DNA from: Candidatus Omnitrophota bacterium
GTDB taxonomy: Bacteria; Omnitrophota; Gorgyraeia; Duberdicusellales; 4484-171
DNA length: 64,000 bases
Direction of reading: 5' to 3'
NCBI GenBank assembly: GCA_037146775.1
Contig: JBAWWL010000008.1
Span: forward strand, 70,160 to 134,159
The position numbers were made by a program, and so were the translations under genes. The notes below the pieces were generated by a model. The model had not been told where the DNA came from and ran no database searches. It saw nothing but the letters and a program-made list of their open reading frames with translations. The number at the start of each line of letters is the position of its first letter. Position 1 is the stretch's first letter. Below are positions 9,696 to 20,089 of the stretch, in pieces.

Positions 9696-11300
9696 ATGCT
9701 TACGATTGCATTAGCACAAATTAATTCCTGCGTGGGAGCTATAGAGAAGAATGCTGAAAAAATAATCAGCATTATCCGGCAGGCGAAAGCCAGAAAAGTA
9801 AGTATGGTAATTTTCCCTGAGCTTGCTCTTACCGGATATCCGCCCGAGGATCTGCTTCTTAAGCCACATTTTGTCGAGAAGAATCTGTATTATCTTAAAA
9901 AAATTAAAGAAGAATGCAAAAACATAGTTGCGCTGGTCGGTTTTGTCGATAGAGCCGAGGGCCGCTTGTATAATGCCTGCGCATTTTTGCAGGAAGGGAA
10001 AATTAAGGATATTTACCGCAAGATTTATCTTCCGAATTACGGCGTTTTTGATGAAAAAAGATATTTTCATTCTGGTAATTCGCTCTCGTTTTATACCTTC
10101 AAAGGGTACCAATTCTCGGTAAGTATCTGCGAAGACGTTTGGAAAGAGGCCTTTATAACTGTTTTGAGAAAGCGGCAGCCAGATTTTATCGTTACTTTGT
10201 CGGCGTCTCCTTTCCATTTGGGAAAAATTTCCTTACGGGAAAAAACCATGGCGGCCGTAGTGCAAAAAACCGGAGCTTTTCTCTTTTATTGTAACCTTGT
10301 CGGCGGGCAAGATGAACTGGTGTTTGATGGCACCAGCATGGTTGTTTCACCGTCGGGAGAAGTAATTGCCCGTGGCAAGCGATTTGCCGAGGATATGCTT
10401 GTTTTCAATCTTTCCAGGAAAAAGCAATACCTGTCAAAAGAAATAAAACTTTCGCCAGTCGAGGAAACTTTCGAAGCTTTACGGCTTGGTTTGCACGATT
10501 ATGTATATAAAAACGGATTCAAAGATGTCTTGGTGGGGATTAGCGGAGGCATTGATTCTGCCCTTGTCGCCGCATTGGCGGTTAAGACGCTGGGAAATAA
10601 TCGGGTACACGGCCTGATTATGCCTTCCCGTTATACCTCTGTGGCGACGTTACGTGATGCAAAGAAGATATGCGAGAAGCTCGGGATTGCCTATCAGCTT
10701 GTCGATATTGACGAGTTGTTTGATTGTTATCTTAAGGTGTTGCAGCCGTTTTTTGCCAAACATGGGCAGGATAAAACCGAAGAAAATCTGCAAGCACGGA
10801 TTCGAGGAAATCTCTTGATGGCTTTTTCGAACAAATTTGGTTCACTGGTTTTAAATACCGGCAATAAGAGCGAAGTGTCGGCCGGGTATTGTACGCTTTA
10901 CGGTGACATGGTGGGCGGGTTCGGTCTCCTGAAAGACGTTCCCAAGACGCTTGTCTATGAACTTGCCAGGCATATTAATATGGTAAGCAAGAAAGAGTTA
11001 ATACCTTCTTCTGTCATCAAGCGCGCCCCTTCGGCGGAGCTAAAGCCAAATCAGAAAGATCAGGACACTTTGCCTCCCTATGAGGTTTTAGACGCGCTTA
11101 TAAAACTATATGTGGAAGAGGAATGTAGCTTGGAGGATATTACTGCGAAAGGATTTAATGAACAGTTAGTTAAGCGTGTCATACGTATGATTGATGCAAG
11201 TGAATATAAGCGTAGGCAGGCACCTATCGGTATTAAAATTACGCCGCGAGCTTTCGGTAAAGACCGGCGTATGCCGATTACTAACGAGTTTAGGCAGTAA
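9696..11300 (+). CDS. nadE: glutamine-dependent NAD+ synthetase
   Basis: N-terminal CN-hydrolase domain (MVIFPELALTGY) plus C-terminal NAD synthase PP-loop (GISGGIDSAL). Start placed at MLTIALAQ. Confidence 0.9.
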   Translation: MLTIALAQINSCVGAIEKNAEKIISIIRQAKARKVSMVIFPELALTGYPPEDLLLKPHFVEKNLYYLKKIKEECKNIVALVGFVDRAEGRLYNACAFLQEGKIKDIYRKIYLPNYGVFDEKRYFHSGNSLSFYTFKGYQFSVSICEDVWKEAFITVLRKRQPDFIVTLSASPFHLGKISLREKTMAAVVQKTGAFLFYCNLVGGQDELVFDGTSMVVSPSGEVIARGKRFAEDMLVFNLSRKKQYLSKEIKLSPVEETFEALRLGLHDYVYKNGFKDVLVGISGGIDSALVAALAVKTLGNNRVHGLIMPSRYTSVATLRDAKKICEKLGIAYQLVDIDELFDCYLKVLQPFFAKHGQDKTEENLQARIRGNLLMAFSNKFGSLVLNTGNKSEVSAGYCTLYGDMVGGFGLLKDVPKTLVYELARHINMVSKKELIPSSVIKRAPSAELKPNQKDQDTLPPYEVLDALIKLYVEEECSLEDITAKGFNEQLVKRVIRMIDASEYKRRQAPIGIKITPRAFGKDRRMPITNEFRQ

Positions 11301-11375
11301 TGTGGCAGGTGCATGTGTGCAGGGTCCGTTGGGTTGCTGGAGCAACTCAACGAAAGTAGTATAGTGTAAGGTTGA

Positions 11376-12930
<1,555 letters not shown>

Positions 12931-12976
12931 GTTGTTAGAATCTACTAAGTTTCGTATGAGTCTATCCTGATTTTTA

Positions 12977-13050
12977 CGCGGGGTGGAGCAGACAGGTAGC
13001 TCGCAAGGCTCATAACCTTGAGGTCAGTGGTTCAAATCCACTCCCCGCAA
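12977..13050 (+). tRNA. tRNA-Met (CAU), initiator type (fMet)
   Basis: Cloverleaf CGCGGGG...CTCATAACC...GGTTCAAATCC...CCCCGCAA. The C1/A72 mismatch and 5'-terminal CGCGGGG are hallmarks of bacterial initiator tRNA. CCA is not encoded. Confidence 0.9.
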
Positions 13051-13205
13051 TGTCTTAAATAGAGGGCGTAGATTGAAGAAATTCAACCTACGCCTTTTCT
13101 GTTTATGGACATATAGTATCGTTGGAGGCTGTGTGATATGGTTTATGCTGAGGTTTAAATTGTAAATTTTAGCCTGTAGGATATAATAAAAAAAAGGAGT
13201 AATAA

Positions 13206-13235
13206 ATGAAACCTCAAACAAAGAAAATCATAGCG
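13206..13235 (+). repeat. 5' module copy 1 (ATGAAACCTCAAACAAAGAAAATCATAGCG), encodes 16-aa mini-ORF MKPQTKKIIADEWFGE
   Basis: 30-nt motif present 9x between 13.2 and 22.4 kb. Confidence 0.9.
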
Positions 13236-13262
13236 GATGAGTGGTTTGGTGAATAAGGAGGG

Positions 13263-13706
13263 GTGATGGAAAATATTACAGCACCAAAAGGTGTAATATT
13301 AATAGTAAAAACTTATACTGTGTTAATTGTCTTATTGTTTGGGATATCGCTGCTTTTATTATTTGCAAGCACACTTCCAGTTCCCGTATCAGAAAGTGAT
13401 AGCCTTGAAGCTGGTGTCCGGGTTTCAAAGATGCAATCGTTGTCTTTGCGAGCTTCCGGTATTATTCTATTTTTAGCTATTAATTTTATCCTGTTGCGAA
13501 AAGCACTGCGAAATTTAAAAAAGTTGGCACTATATTACAATTTGTTACTTTTCATAGCATGTAGTATTCCTTTATTATTATTCATTATTGATGTTAAAGA
13601 CGCCCAAGTTATTGGTATTAAGATATTTTTTATTTTAATAATTCTATTATTTCTGTGCAGTAATTTGTATCTTTTCCGTTCCAAGGTTAAAAAGTGTTTT
13701 ATATAG
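13263..13706 (+). CDS. hypothetical polytopic membrane protein
   Basis: 147 aa, 4 predicted TM helices; RBS GGAGGGG upstream; lies between the two tRNA-derived repeats. Confidence 0.5.
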   Translation: MMENITAPKGVILIVKTYTVLIVLLFGISLLLLFASTLPVPVSESDSLEAGVRVSKMQSLSLRASGIILFLAINFILLRKALRNLKKLALYYNLLLFIACSIPLLLFIIDVKDAQVIGIKIFFILIILLFLCSNLYLFRSKVKKCFI

Positions 13707-13743
13707 AAATATTGTAAGCCGATTCTACTATCCATTTTTTTTC

Positions 13744-13805
13744 ATCATCTGGGCGGTAAGGACGTTGAAGCAAAATGATTTAGGTAAAGATATTTAAAAG
13801 GAAGT
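13744..13805 (+). repeat. 3' module copy a (..CATCTGGGCGGTAAGGACGTTGAAGCAAAATGATTTAGGTAAAGATATTTAAAAGGAAG)
   Basis: ~60-nt motif present 7x. It reads as the C-terminal peptide IIWAVRTLKQ.DLGKDI* when in frame. Confidence 0.9.
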
Positions 13806-13949
13806 ATAGAAATGAGGACCGGGTCTACTATTATAAATTGAGCATTTCTATTTACATTACTACTTGAAGTAATACAATCATCTAAAGGAGGTAAAGGCTA
13901 CTGAGGACAGGGTACTAGTCAACAAAGCTCTTTATTAGTTTTTTATCGT

Positions 13950-14140
13950 CTCATAACCTTGAGGTCAGTGGTTCCCCGCCAGCGAAGCTGGCGAGGTCTC
14001 GCCCTCTGCCGAAGGCAGAGAGGCGGAAAATCCACTCCCCGCAATGTCTTAAATAGAGGGCGTAGATTGAAGAAATTCAATCTACGCCTTCTTTGTTTAT
14101 AGGCATGTAATGCTTTCGGAGGCTGTGGGGAGACTCGATA
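13950..14140 (+). repeat. direct repeat of the tRNA-fMet 3' half (anticodon loop onward) plus ~90 nt of its downstream flank, interrupted by a 57-nt insertion
   Basis: 13009-13140 and 13950-14140 share CTCATAACCTTGAGGTCAGTGGTT...TCCACTCCCCGCAATGTCTTAAATAGAGGGCGTAGATTGAAGAAATTCAA. The second copy has a two-hairpin insert CCCCGCCAGCGAAGCTGGCG...GCCGAAGGCAGAG at the T-loop position. Confidence 0.85.
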
Positions 14141-14334
14141 ATGTTTATCCTACCAACGAACCTATATTAATTTGGACCTTATCATGTGTTAGCAGCATTA
14201 CTTTCTGCTAGCATTGTAAGCGATTCCAGCAATTACCGTGCATAGCCTTGTCGGCTAATCTCTTAAAATGTTATACTTAAATACTAGAGCATCATAAAAA
14301 TAAGGAAATATCTGTAGATGATAGGAAGAAAGCT

Positions 14335-15162
14335 ATGAGATCGTTCAAATTCTTATTGTTTTATCTTGTTTTTAATCTGCTATTTGTAGGATTTAGATGT
14401 TTTGCTTCCGATAGCAAGGTGCTATCTACAAAAGTTGTCAGTAATAGAGCCCAGAAGCGTGAACAAGTAAAGGGGCAATTTATGGCCGAGCGTTCTATAG
14501 ATAGAAGGCAAGAACTAGATGCCCGCGCAAAATGGAACAACGCAATTATTCCTGCCGCTGGTACAACATACGAAGTTCGTGCTTTAGTAAAAGGGAAAGA
14601 CCGAGACCAAGTATTTGAACAGACAATTTCCTCGGGGCACACTTCTTTGCAACGCGCAGAAGAGAAACGTGCCGAAGCCCTTGATAGACCTTATTATAAA
14701 GGTTCTCATGTTGCAATTTTTATGGAAGTTAATAATGAATTAAAGCAAGTGCTATATTGGGACCCCGCCATTAAACCTTTATATAGAATTGGTAGTTATG
14801 ATACGCTCTATGAGGTGGCTGATTTGGCCGCACGCTTACGTTTGGATGATTATAAAATGATAGCAGCTAAAGGATGGGATAGAGATCCGAATGTAGCTGG
14901 AATGTTAGCGCCAGAACTAAAAATATACAGTGTTGATGGCGATGGCATGCCCATGAGTGAAGCTGATATCGCCTTCGAAGTATTTCTTAAAACAGAAGGT
15001 ATTCATAGGCCAAAAGCGTTAAATATTTTTCATTATACAAACCAAGAAGCAGAAGATTTTGTTTCAAGAGAACAAAAATTTCTTCCACAAGGACAGAGTT
15101 TACGTATTAGAGAATCAATCTTTTTTAACCCTCTCCCGGAAAATTTCAGTTATCCTGATTGA
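14335..15162 (+). CDS. hypothetical secreted protein
   Basis: 275 aa, N-terminal signal peptide, no recognisable motif. Confidence 0.5.
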   Translation: MRSFKFLLFYLVFNLLFVGFRCFASDSKVLSTKVVSNRAQKREQVKGQFMAERSIDRRQELDARAKWNNAIIPAAGTTYEVRALVKGKDRDQVFEQTISSGHTSLQRAEEKRAEALDRPYYKGSHVAIFMEVNNELKQVLYWDPAIKPLYRIGSYDTLYEVADLAARLRLDDYKMIAAKGWDRDPNVAGMLAPELKIYSVDGDGMPMSEADIAFEVFLKTEGIHRPKALNIFHYTNQEAEDFVSREQKFLPQGQSLRIRESIFFNPLPENFSYPD

Positions 15163-15325
15163 AAGTTATATCTTGTCATTATGAACACAATATGACATTT
15201 GAGTGGGAATTAGTAGTTAACCTGCCTTAGTTTTTATCCCACCAGCCAATCTACATTAGTTTTAACCCCTCGCTAAATCTGTTGTAGTCATAAATTACCG
15301 TGGTATATTGAAAACAAACAGTAAA

Positions 15326-15526
15326 ATGACAGCAGCAAATATAATAGGTGGGATTTTATTTAGCGGAATTGGCTTCGTTGCCTTGATGTATGGGAAAAAG
15401 CAAGTCAATACAAAGGCGATGATAATCGGCGTTCTACTTATGGCCTACCCTTATTTTGTGTCAAACACCATTGCGTTATATCTAATAGGCGTTGTTTTAA
15501 CAGTAGCCTTATTCATCCCCCGCTAA
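15326..15526 (+). CDS. small two-TM membrane protein
   Basis: ~66 aa, two hydrophobic helices. Confidence 0.35.
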   Translation: MTAANIIGGILFSGIGFVALMYGKKQVNTKAMIIGVLLMAYPYFVSNTIALYLIGVVLTVALFIPR

Positions 15527-15712
15527 ATACCTCGCTTTTTTAACCTTGACCAATATTTACTATAGCAGTATCATTTTAGCTACTTGACCACAAAGGGGTG
15601 GTTAATGCATGAGGATAAAATGATATCCAGAAAACACAATCGGGACATTTTTATAGGGTAAGGCAATCATCTATCAGAGGATTGCCTTTTTGGTTTAAGA
15701 AAGGAGATATAT

Positions 15713-16462
15713 ATGAAATGCAGCGTTCATCTTGAAAGAGAAGCTGTAGGAGCTTGCGTAGAATGTGGTCTTGCTTTTTGTGAGGAGTGCAAAGTTACTA
15801 TAAGTAATAAAAATTATTGCAAAAAATGTGTTGAAAGGGTAATCAAAAGAACCAAACTTTCTGAAAGAAATCCTGCCATTGCTGCTTTATTGAGTTTTAT
15901 TATCGCTGGTGCAGGACAAATATATAATGGACAGATAGGAAAAGGTATTTTAATATTTCTAACGGCTTGGCTAGTAATACCTTGGATTTATGGCATTTTC
16001 GATGCCTACAACACAGCCAAAAGAATAAATAATGGAGAAATAGTTACTGAGGAACCATCGGGTTGTTTGCTTGCGCTTTTGTTTGTTATAACGATTCCGG
16101 TGGTTGTTGCTATGATTGCTTTACTTGCTGCTATAGCTATCCCAAATTTCTTGAGAGCTAGATTGGCAGCTAACGAAGCCGGAGCAGAAGCAAAAGTAAT
16201 GACTATATCTACAGCACTTGAGAGCTATGCCTCTGTGCATGAAGGGAATTATCCTTCAGATGAAAAGGACCTTACAAATGCCCAGCCACCCTACTTAGGT
16301 GAATCTTGCAGTAATAAATCAATTAAAGGATATAATTATTCTTTAGAATTAAATTCTGATGGATATACAGTTACTGCAGAACCTTCCAGTTGCGGAACTA
16401 CAGGAAGTAGAATTTTTAAAGTAGAGACGGGTGGGATTAAACGTGAACAACAATGTAAATGA
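15713..16462 (+). CDS. zinc-ribbon / TM2-domain / type IV pilin-like helix fusion protein
   Basis: N-terminal CxxC...CxxC...CxxC ribbon. TM2-like segment (AGAGQIYNGQIGKGILIFLTAWLVIPWIYGIFDA). Then ALLAAIAIPNFLRARLAANEAGAEAK, which resembles the conserved pilin/pseudopilin N-terminal helix. Confidence 0.5.
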   Translation: MKCSVHLEREAVGACVECGLAFCEECKVTISNKNYCKKCVERVIKRTKLSERNPAIAALLSFIIAGAGQIYNGQIGKGILIFLTAWLVIPWIYGIFDAYNTAKRINNGEIVTEEPSGCLLALLFVITIPVVVAMIALLAAIAIPNFLRARLAANEAGAEAKVMTISTALESYASVHEGNYPSDEKDLTNAQPPYLGESCSNKSIKGYNYSLELNSDGYTVTAEPSSCGTTGSRIFKVETGGIKREQQCK

Positions 16463-16731
16463 ATAAAAAACAATTAATAGTTACTTTATTAACACTATTT
16501 TTTGTTTTACCTGTATTCGCCGCCAATATACCTCAAGAGTTACAATTGCTTGGTTTTACTCAAGACAAGTTAGTTGATTACAGACGTGCTAAAGATAATA
16601 TTGAATATTTTACTTTCTCCGATTGGACTACGGAGAGGAAGGGAGATACAATTACCTTCATAGTCGAGAGAGGTCAGATAACAGGAAAGTTTAAAGATGA
16701 GAATAGAAAGGTTTTAGATAAGGATATTTAA
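16459..16731 (+). CDS. small secreted protein (paralog of 22090..22383)
   Basis: 90 aa, signal peptide; the mature part is ~90% identical to the 22090 ORF (IPQELQLLGFTQ.KLVDYRRAK.NIEYFTF.DWTTERKGDTITFIVERGQITGKFKD). Confidence 0.6.
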   Translation: MNKKQLIVTLLTLFFVLPVFAANIPQELQLLGFTQDKLVDYRRAKDNIEYFTFSDWTTERKGDTITFIVERGQITGKFKDENRKVLDKDI

Positions 16732-16744
16732 AAGGAGGAGATAA

Positions 16745-17305
16745 ATGAATAGTAAAATAATTACGTTGATGATAGTGCTATCAGTTTTATATTATAACAA
16801 TGCTGCAGCTAAAACTATAAACGCTTTAGACGTATTATCTTTTGAGGTAAATGATGCTACTCAGGTTACTGTAGGACCATATAAACAAGGCGACTTCCAG
16901 ATATATACAGCAGCCTTGGTCGATCCTGAAGATAGGCTTTTGGGGGAATTTCATATCCAGGATTTTTCCAAACAATATACAAATTGGAAAGAAGTCTTAG
17001 TGTCGCCAACATATGATTTGGATGGATACAAAAGTGCGATTACTACACTTTTTCCTAATACTTTAATTTCTACCTTAACTTGGGTTTCGGCTGAAAAAAA
17101 TAACATAAATGATAAGCAAGTTTATACGTATATTTTTGATTATACTAACTCTAAACTTTCGATAACTCATAGATTCAAATGCTACATATTAATACAAAAT
17201 AGTTATCTCATTAGATGTTATGCTGGAACACCGCAGGCAGAATTTGAAAAAAATTCTAAAATAATAGATAGCATTATAGAAAGTGTAAGATTTGTTCAGA
17301 ATTAG
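16745..17305 (+). CDS. hypothetical secreted protein
   Basis: 186 aa, signal peptide; RBS AAGGAGG 8 nt upstream. Confidence 0.5.
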   Translation: MNSKIITLMIVLSVLYYNNAAAKTINALDVLSFEVNDATQVTVGPYKQGDFQIYTAALVDPEDRLLGEFHIQDFSKQYTNWKEVLVSPTYDLDGYKSAITTLFPNTLISTLTWVSAEKNNINDKQVYTYIFDYTNSKLSITHRFKCYILIQNSYLIRCYAGTPQAEFEKNSKIIDSIIESVRFVQN

Positions 17306-17349
17306 CAAAATTCTTTAGAACAAAAGAACAGTTTAAATAAGGAGACTTA

Positions 17350-17583
17350 ATGAAACCTCAAACAAGGAAAATCATAGCGAGAGAAGTAAGGATTCTGTTG
17401 CTTTGTTATGTCTTAGGTCTTATAGCTGGTTATCTCGTGACGTGCAATAAGAATGCCCCTTGGTACTCTTCCTTTGTGGGAGCGTTCAGTGTTTGTATAA
17501 TTTATTACATCGCTATTTTAATTGTGCGTTTGTTATTCAAATGTATCATCTGGGCGGTAAGGACGTTGAAACAAAGGATTTAG
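17350..17583 (+). CDS. small membrane protein, intact member of the module-bounded family (MKPQTKKIIAR...IIWAVRTLKQRI)
   Basis: 77 aa, 2 TM. N-terminus is the 5' module and C-terminus is the 3' module, in one frame. Confidence 0.6.
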   Translation: MKPQTRKIIAREVRILLLCYVLGLIAGYLVTCNKNAPWYSSFVGAFSVCIIYYIAILIVRLLFKCIIWAVRTLKQRI

Positions 17584-17609
17584 GTAAAGATATTTAAAGA
17601 GGCGATATG
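17545..17609 (+). repeat. 3' module copy b
   Basis: CATCTGGGCGGTAAGGACGTTGAAACAAAGGATTTAGGTAAAGATATTTAAAGAGGCGATATG. It supplies the RBS and start context of the 17607 ORF. Confidence 0.9.
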
Positions 17610-17948
17610 AATGAGGTCGTTACAAAGAAGAAAAGACCAAACATGGTTTCGATGTTCGTTCTCTGTTATGGTTTATTGGGTGGCTATTATCTTTTTGAAC
17701 GTTTTTTGGGTTCAAGCGGAGTAAGAATGATAAAGCCATACGATGTAGCAGAAGTTAGTATTGTCTTAATTTTTGGTTTATTATTTTTTCTTTCTTCGAT
17801 TCTACTGTTTAGAATGAAGTACTCTGGATTTTGGGTTGTTATTATACCGCTATTTTTATTTGCTTACGGTTTACCCCCATTATCTTTATTGCTATTATTA
17901 CATATTGTTTATTTTAATCTACCCAAAGTAAAAGAACAGTTTAAATGA
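17607..17948 (+). CDS. small membrane protein (C-terminal LPKVKEQFK)
   Basis: 113 aa, 3 TM. Shares its C-terminal motif with the 17989 ORF. Confidence 0.5.
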   Translation: MNEVVTKKKRPNMVSMFVLCYGLLGGYYLFERFLGSSGVRMIKPYDVAEVSIVLIFGLLFFLSSILLFRMKYSGFWVVIIPLFLFAYGLPPLSLLLLLHIVYFNLPKVKEQFK

Positions 17949-17974
17949 AACTTCAAACAAAGAAAATCATAGCG
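17945..17974 (+). repeat. 5' module copy 3 (mini-ORF MKLQTKKIIARRRE)
   Basis: Its ATG overlaps the TGA of the upstream gene (TAAATGA); the internal AGGAGGG serves as RBS for the 17989 ORF. Confidence 0.9.
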
Positions 17975-17988
17975 AGAAGGAGGGAATA

Positions 17989-18417
17989 ATGGAGAAGAAA
18001 AGGTCGGTTGGGGTTACGATACTCTCACTGATTTATATCGTTATAGGCTTAGGCATATTAACAACTACCATAACCGAACCCAGAAATACAGAACCAAGCA
18101 TTTTCTATTCGCATTGGGGGAGGGAAATTTTTGAGCCAATGACACCCTTAGAGCATTTGCGTTTCCAGGCAATTTTAGCGTTTTGCTTATCCACACCTTT
18201 TCTTATTAGTGGATTTGGTACTTTGAAATTGAAAAAATGGGGAAGGATACTTATTGTAATACTAAATATGTTTTTTGTATTTTTATTACCCCCAACAATT
18301 ATAACAGTAGTTATCTATAAGCATCACGATTTTTTATTTCTCCTTATTATGGAAATTTTTGCACTCATTTTTTCGGTTTATCTCGCCCGTCCCAAAGTAA
18401 AAGAGCAGTTTAAGTAA
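17989..18417 (+). CDS. small membrane protein (C-terminal RPKVKEQFK)
   Basis: 142 aa, 4 TM. Confidence 0.5.
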   Translation: MEKKRSVGVTILSLIYIVIGLGILTTTITEPRNTEPSIFYSHWGREIFEPMTPLEHLRFQAILAFCLSTPFLISGFGTLKLKKWGRILIVILNMFFVFLLPPTIITVVIYKHHDFLFLLIMEIFALIFSVYLARPKVKEQFK

Positions 18418-18424
18418 TCCGCTT

Positions 18425-18490
18425 TATCCTCTGGGCGGTAAGGACGTTGAAGCAAAAGGATTTAAGGAAAGATATTTAAGGAGATATATG
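18425..18490 (+). repeat. 3' module copy c
   Basis: CCTCTGGGCGGTAAGGACGTTGAAGCAAAAGGATTTAAGGAAAGATATTTAAGGAGATATATG; ends in the ATG of the 18488 ORF. Confidence 0.9.
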
Positions 18491-18760
18491 AATAAACAAA
18501 AGACGAAATTTTTCTGGATAGTTATGGTGTTGGTTCTTGTCGGCATTGCTGTATTATTTTTGTTAATTTATGCTCAATGCTATGTACTTAAGCCTCAACA
18601 CGGAATGGGTCGGATGAGTCCAGGTAAAGATGCAGCATATTACGATTCAGATAAGAAAAAATGGGTAAGCGAGGCGGAATGGCTTAGGAAGTACACAGAA
18701 TTGCCAATAGGTTATCTTTCGAAAGAGGAGTGGGATAAGAAAAAACGGAATAATCAATGA
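18488..18760 (+). CDS. small single-TM protein
   Basis: 90 aa, N-terminal TM, charged C-terminal domain. Confidence 0.45.
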   Translation: MNKQKTKFFWIVMVLVLVGIAVLFLLIYAQCYVLKPQHGMGRMSPGKDAAYYDSDKKKWVSEAEWLRKYTELPIGYLSKEEWDKKKRNNQ

Positions 18761-19374
18761 AACCTCGAACAAAGAAAATCATAGCGATAGCAATAATAGG
18801 AATTATCATTTTTGGGGTTATATTTTTTGGAGGACATTTATTTAAGGGGAATGTATCTGGCAATGCAAGAATAAATAGGTCTTTCAAAGATTTAACTCTT
18901 GGAATGAGCCTCGAAGAATTTAAGTCAAAATTAATATATGAAGAAGGAAGCATGACAAAAGGTACATCATACAGAAGCTATGCGATATATAATACTTTTT
19001 ATAACTCTTTGTATCATTACTCCGGTCAAGGCAAACGAATGAAGGAAATTAAAAATGTTTATAGCGTCTGGTGTTATTTCCTTGAAAACAAACTATTTAA
19101 GATCCACATAAGTTACCTTAATAGCTATCATCCGACTTGGGATAATGTTATCCATAACGCAAAAGGAAAGTATGGTGAGGGTATAATAGAAGCAGGAAAT
19201 GTTATTCGTTGGGATGATGGAAAAACTACTCTAACGATAGCCAAATTATACGGGGAGCAAGGCTTAAATATAAGTGATAGTTATAGTGGAGACCATTACA
19301 CAGTAACTTATAAAGATAACGAGCTGAGCTCATTAATTGACAAGAAAGAAAAGAAGGAAACCCCTGAAATCTAA
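18757..19374 (+). CDS. hypothetical N-terminally anchored protein (N-terminus derived from the 5' module)
   Basis: 205 aa; starts MKPRTKKIIAIAIIGIIIF, which is 5' module copy 4. Confidence 0.5.
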   Translation: MKPRTKKIIAIAIIGIIIFGVIFFGGHLFKGNVSGNARINRSFKDLTLGMSLEEFKSKLIYEEGSMTKGTSYRSYAIYNTFYNSLYHYSGQGKRMKEIKNVYSVWCYFLENKLFKIHISYLNSYHPTWDNVIHNAKGKYGEGIIEAGNVIRWDDGKTTLTIAKLYGEQGLNISDSYSGDHYTVTYKDNELSSLIDKKEKKETPEI

Positions 19375-19394
19375 ACGAGTAAAGGTAGAGAAAG

Positions 19395-19673
19395 ATGTTT
19401 AAAAGGGAATATATGAAACTAAAGAAAATCATAGCGAGAGAAGGGTTGGCATTGTTGGTGGCGATTTTTATTGCTTGGCATATGGCACAAACTAACGGTC
19501 TGAAAAGTTTTATGATGGATATTAGAATTGTAACCCCACGCCCAAATCAAGCAGATGCTGTTTTGCAAGAAGCAACTACAGCTGGTTTTTGGTTTATTTT
19601 GATTGTGGGTTATGGCGTTGTCCGCTTCATCCCCCTAAAGGGACGGCGTTGGACGCCAGCATCTGGGCGGTAA
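19395..19673 (+). CDS. small membrane protein, module family member with frame-shifted 3' end (possible pseudogene)
   Basis: Contains the 5' module deletion variant (MKLKKIIAREG). The 3' module follows out of frame (ends PASGR* instead of IWAVRTLKQ). Confidence 0.35.
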   Translation: MFKREYMKLKKIIAREGLALLVAIFIAWHMAQTNGLKSFMMDIRIVTPRPNQADAVLQEATTAGFWFILIVGYGVVRFIPLKGRRWTPASGR

Positions 19674-19724
19674 GGACGTTAAAGCAGAAGGATCCAAGGA
19701 AAGATATTTAAAGGAGGCGATATG
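19659..19724 (+). repeat. 3' module copy d
   Basis: CATCTGGGCGGTAAGGACGTTAAAGCAGAAGGATCCAAGGAAAGATATTTAAAGGAGGCGATATG; feeds the 19722 ORF. Confidence 0.9.
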
Positions 19725-20039
19725 AAACTATCCAGTAAAGTAATCTGGTTTATTTTTGGTGTAATACTTTATCCGCTTTGTTTTATGCTTATTTTTATAC
19801 TTACGATTCCCCTTTCAGCTCTACCAAAAAATAATGCGGTGCAAATTTTTTCTATATCGGTAATATTTTTAATACCTATTTTTATTATCGTACTGACTTG
19901 GAAACGTAATATTAGTTTTGCTGTAGGATTAATTTTATCCTTTTGCTTAGTTTTCATTTCGTTGAATAGAAGTTACAGAAGGGTGGTGAAGAATGAGAAA
20001 GCAAAAGTACTAGAAAATTCATTACCCGCCCCAAAGTAA
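19722..20039 (+). CDS. small membrane protein
   Basis: 105 aa, 3 TM. The 3' end runs into the PKVKEQFK-type motif out of frame. Confidence 0.45.
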   Translation: MKLSSKVIWFIFGVILYPLCFMLIFILTIPLSALPKNNAVQIFSISVIFLIPIFIIVLTWKRNISFAVGLILSFCLVFISLNRSYRRVVKNEKAKVLENSLPAPK

Positions 20040-20052
20040 AGGAGCAGTTTAA

Positions 20053-20082
20053 ATGAAACTTCAAACAAAGAAAATCATAGCG
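20053..20082 (+). repeat. 5' module copy 6 (mini-ORF MKLQTKKIIARGDENVFI)
   Basis: Preceded by GGAGCAGTTTAA; overlaps the start of the 20090 ORF. Confidence 0.9.
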
Positions 20083-20089
20083 AGAGGGG

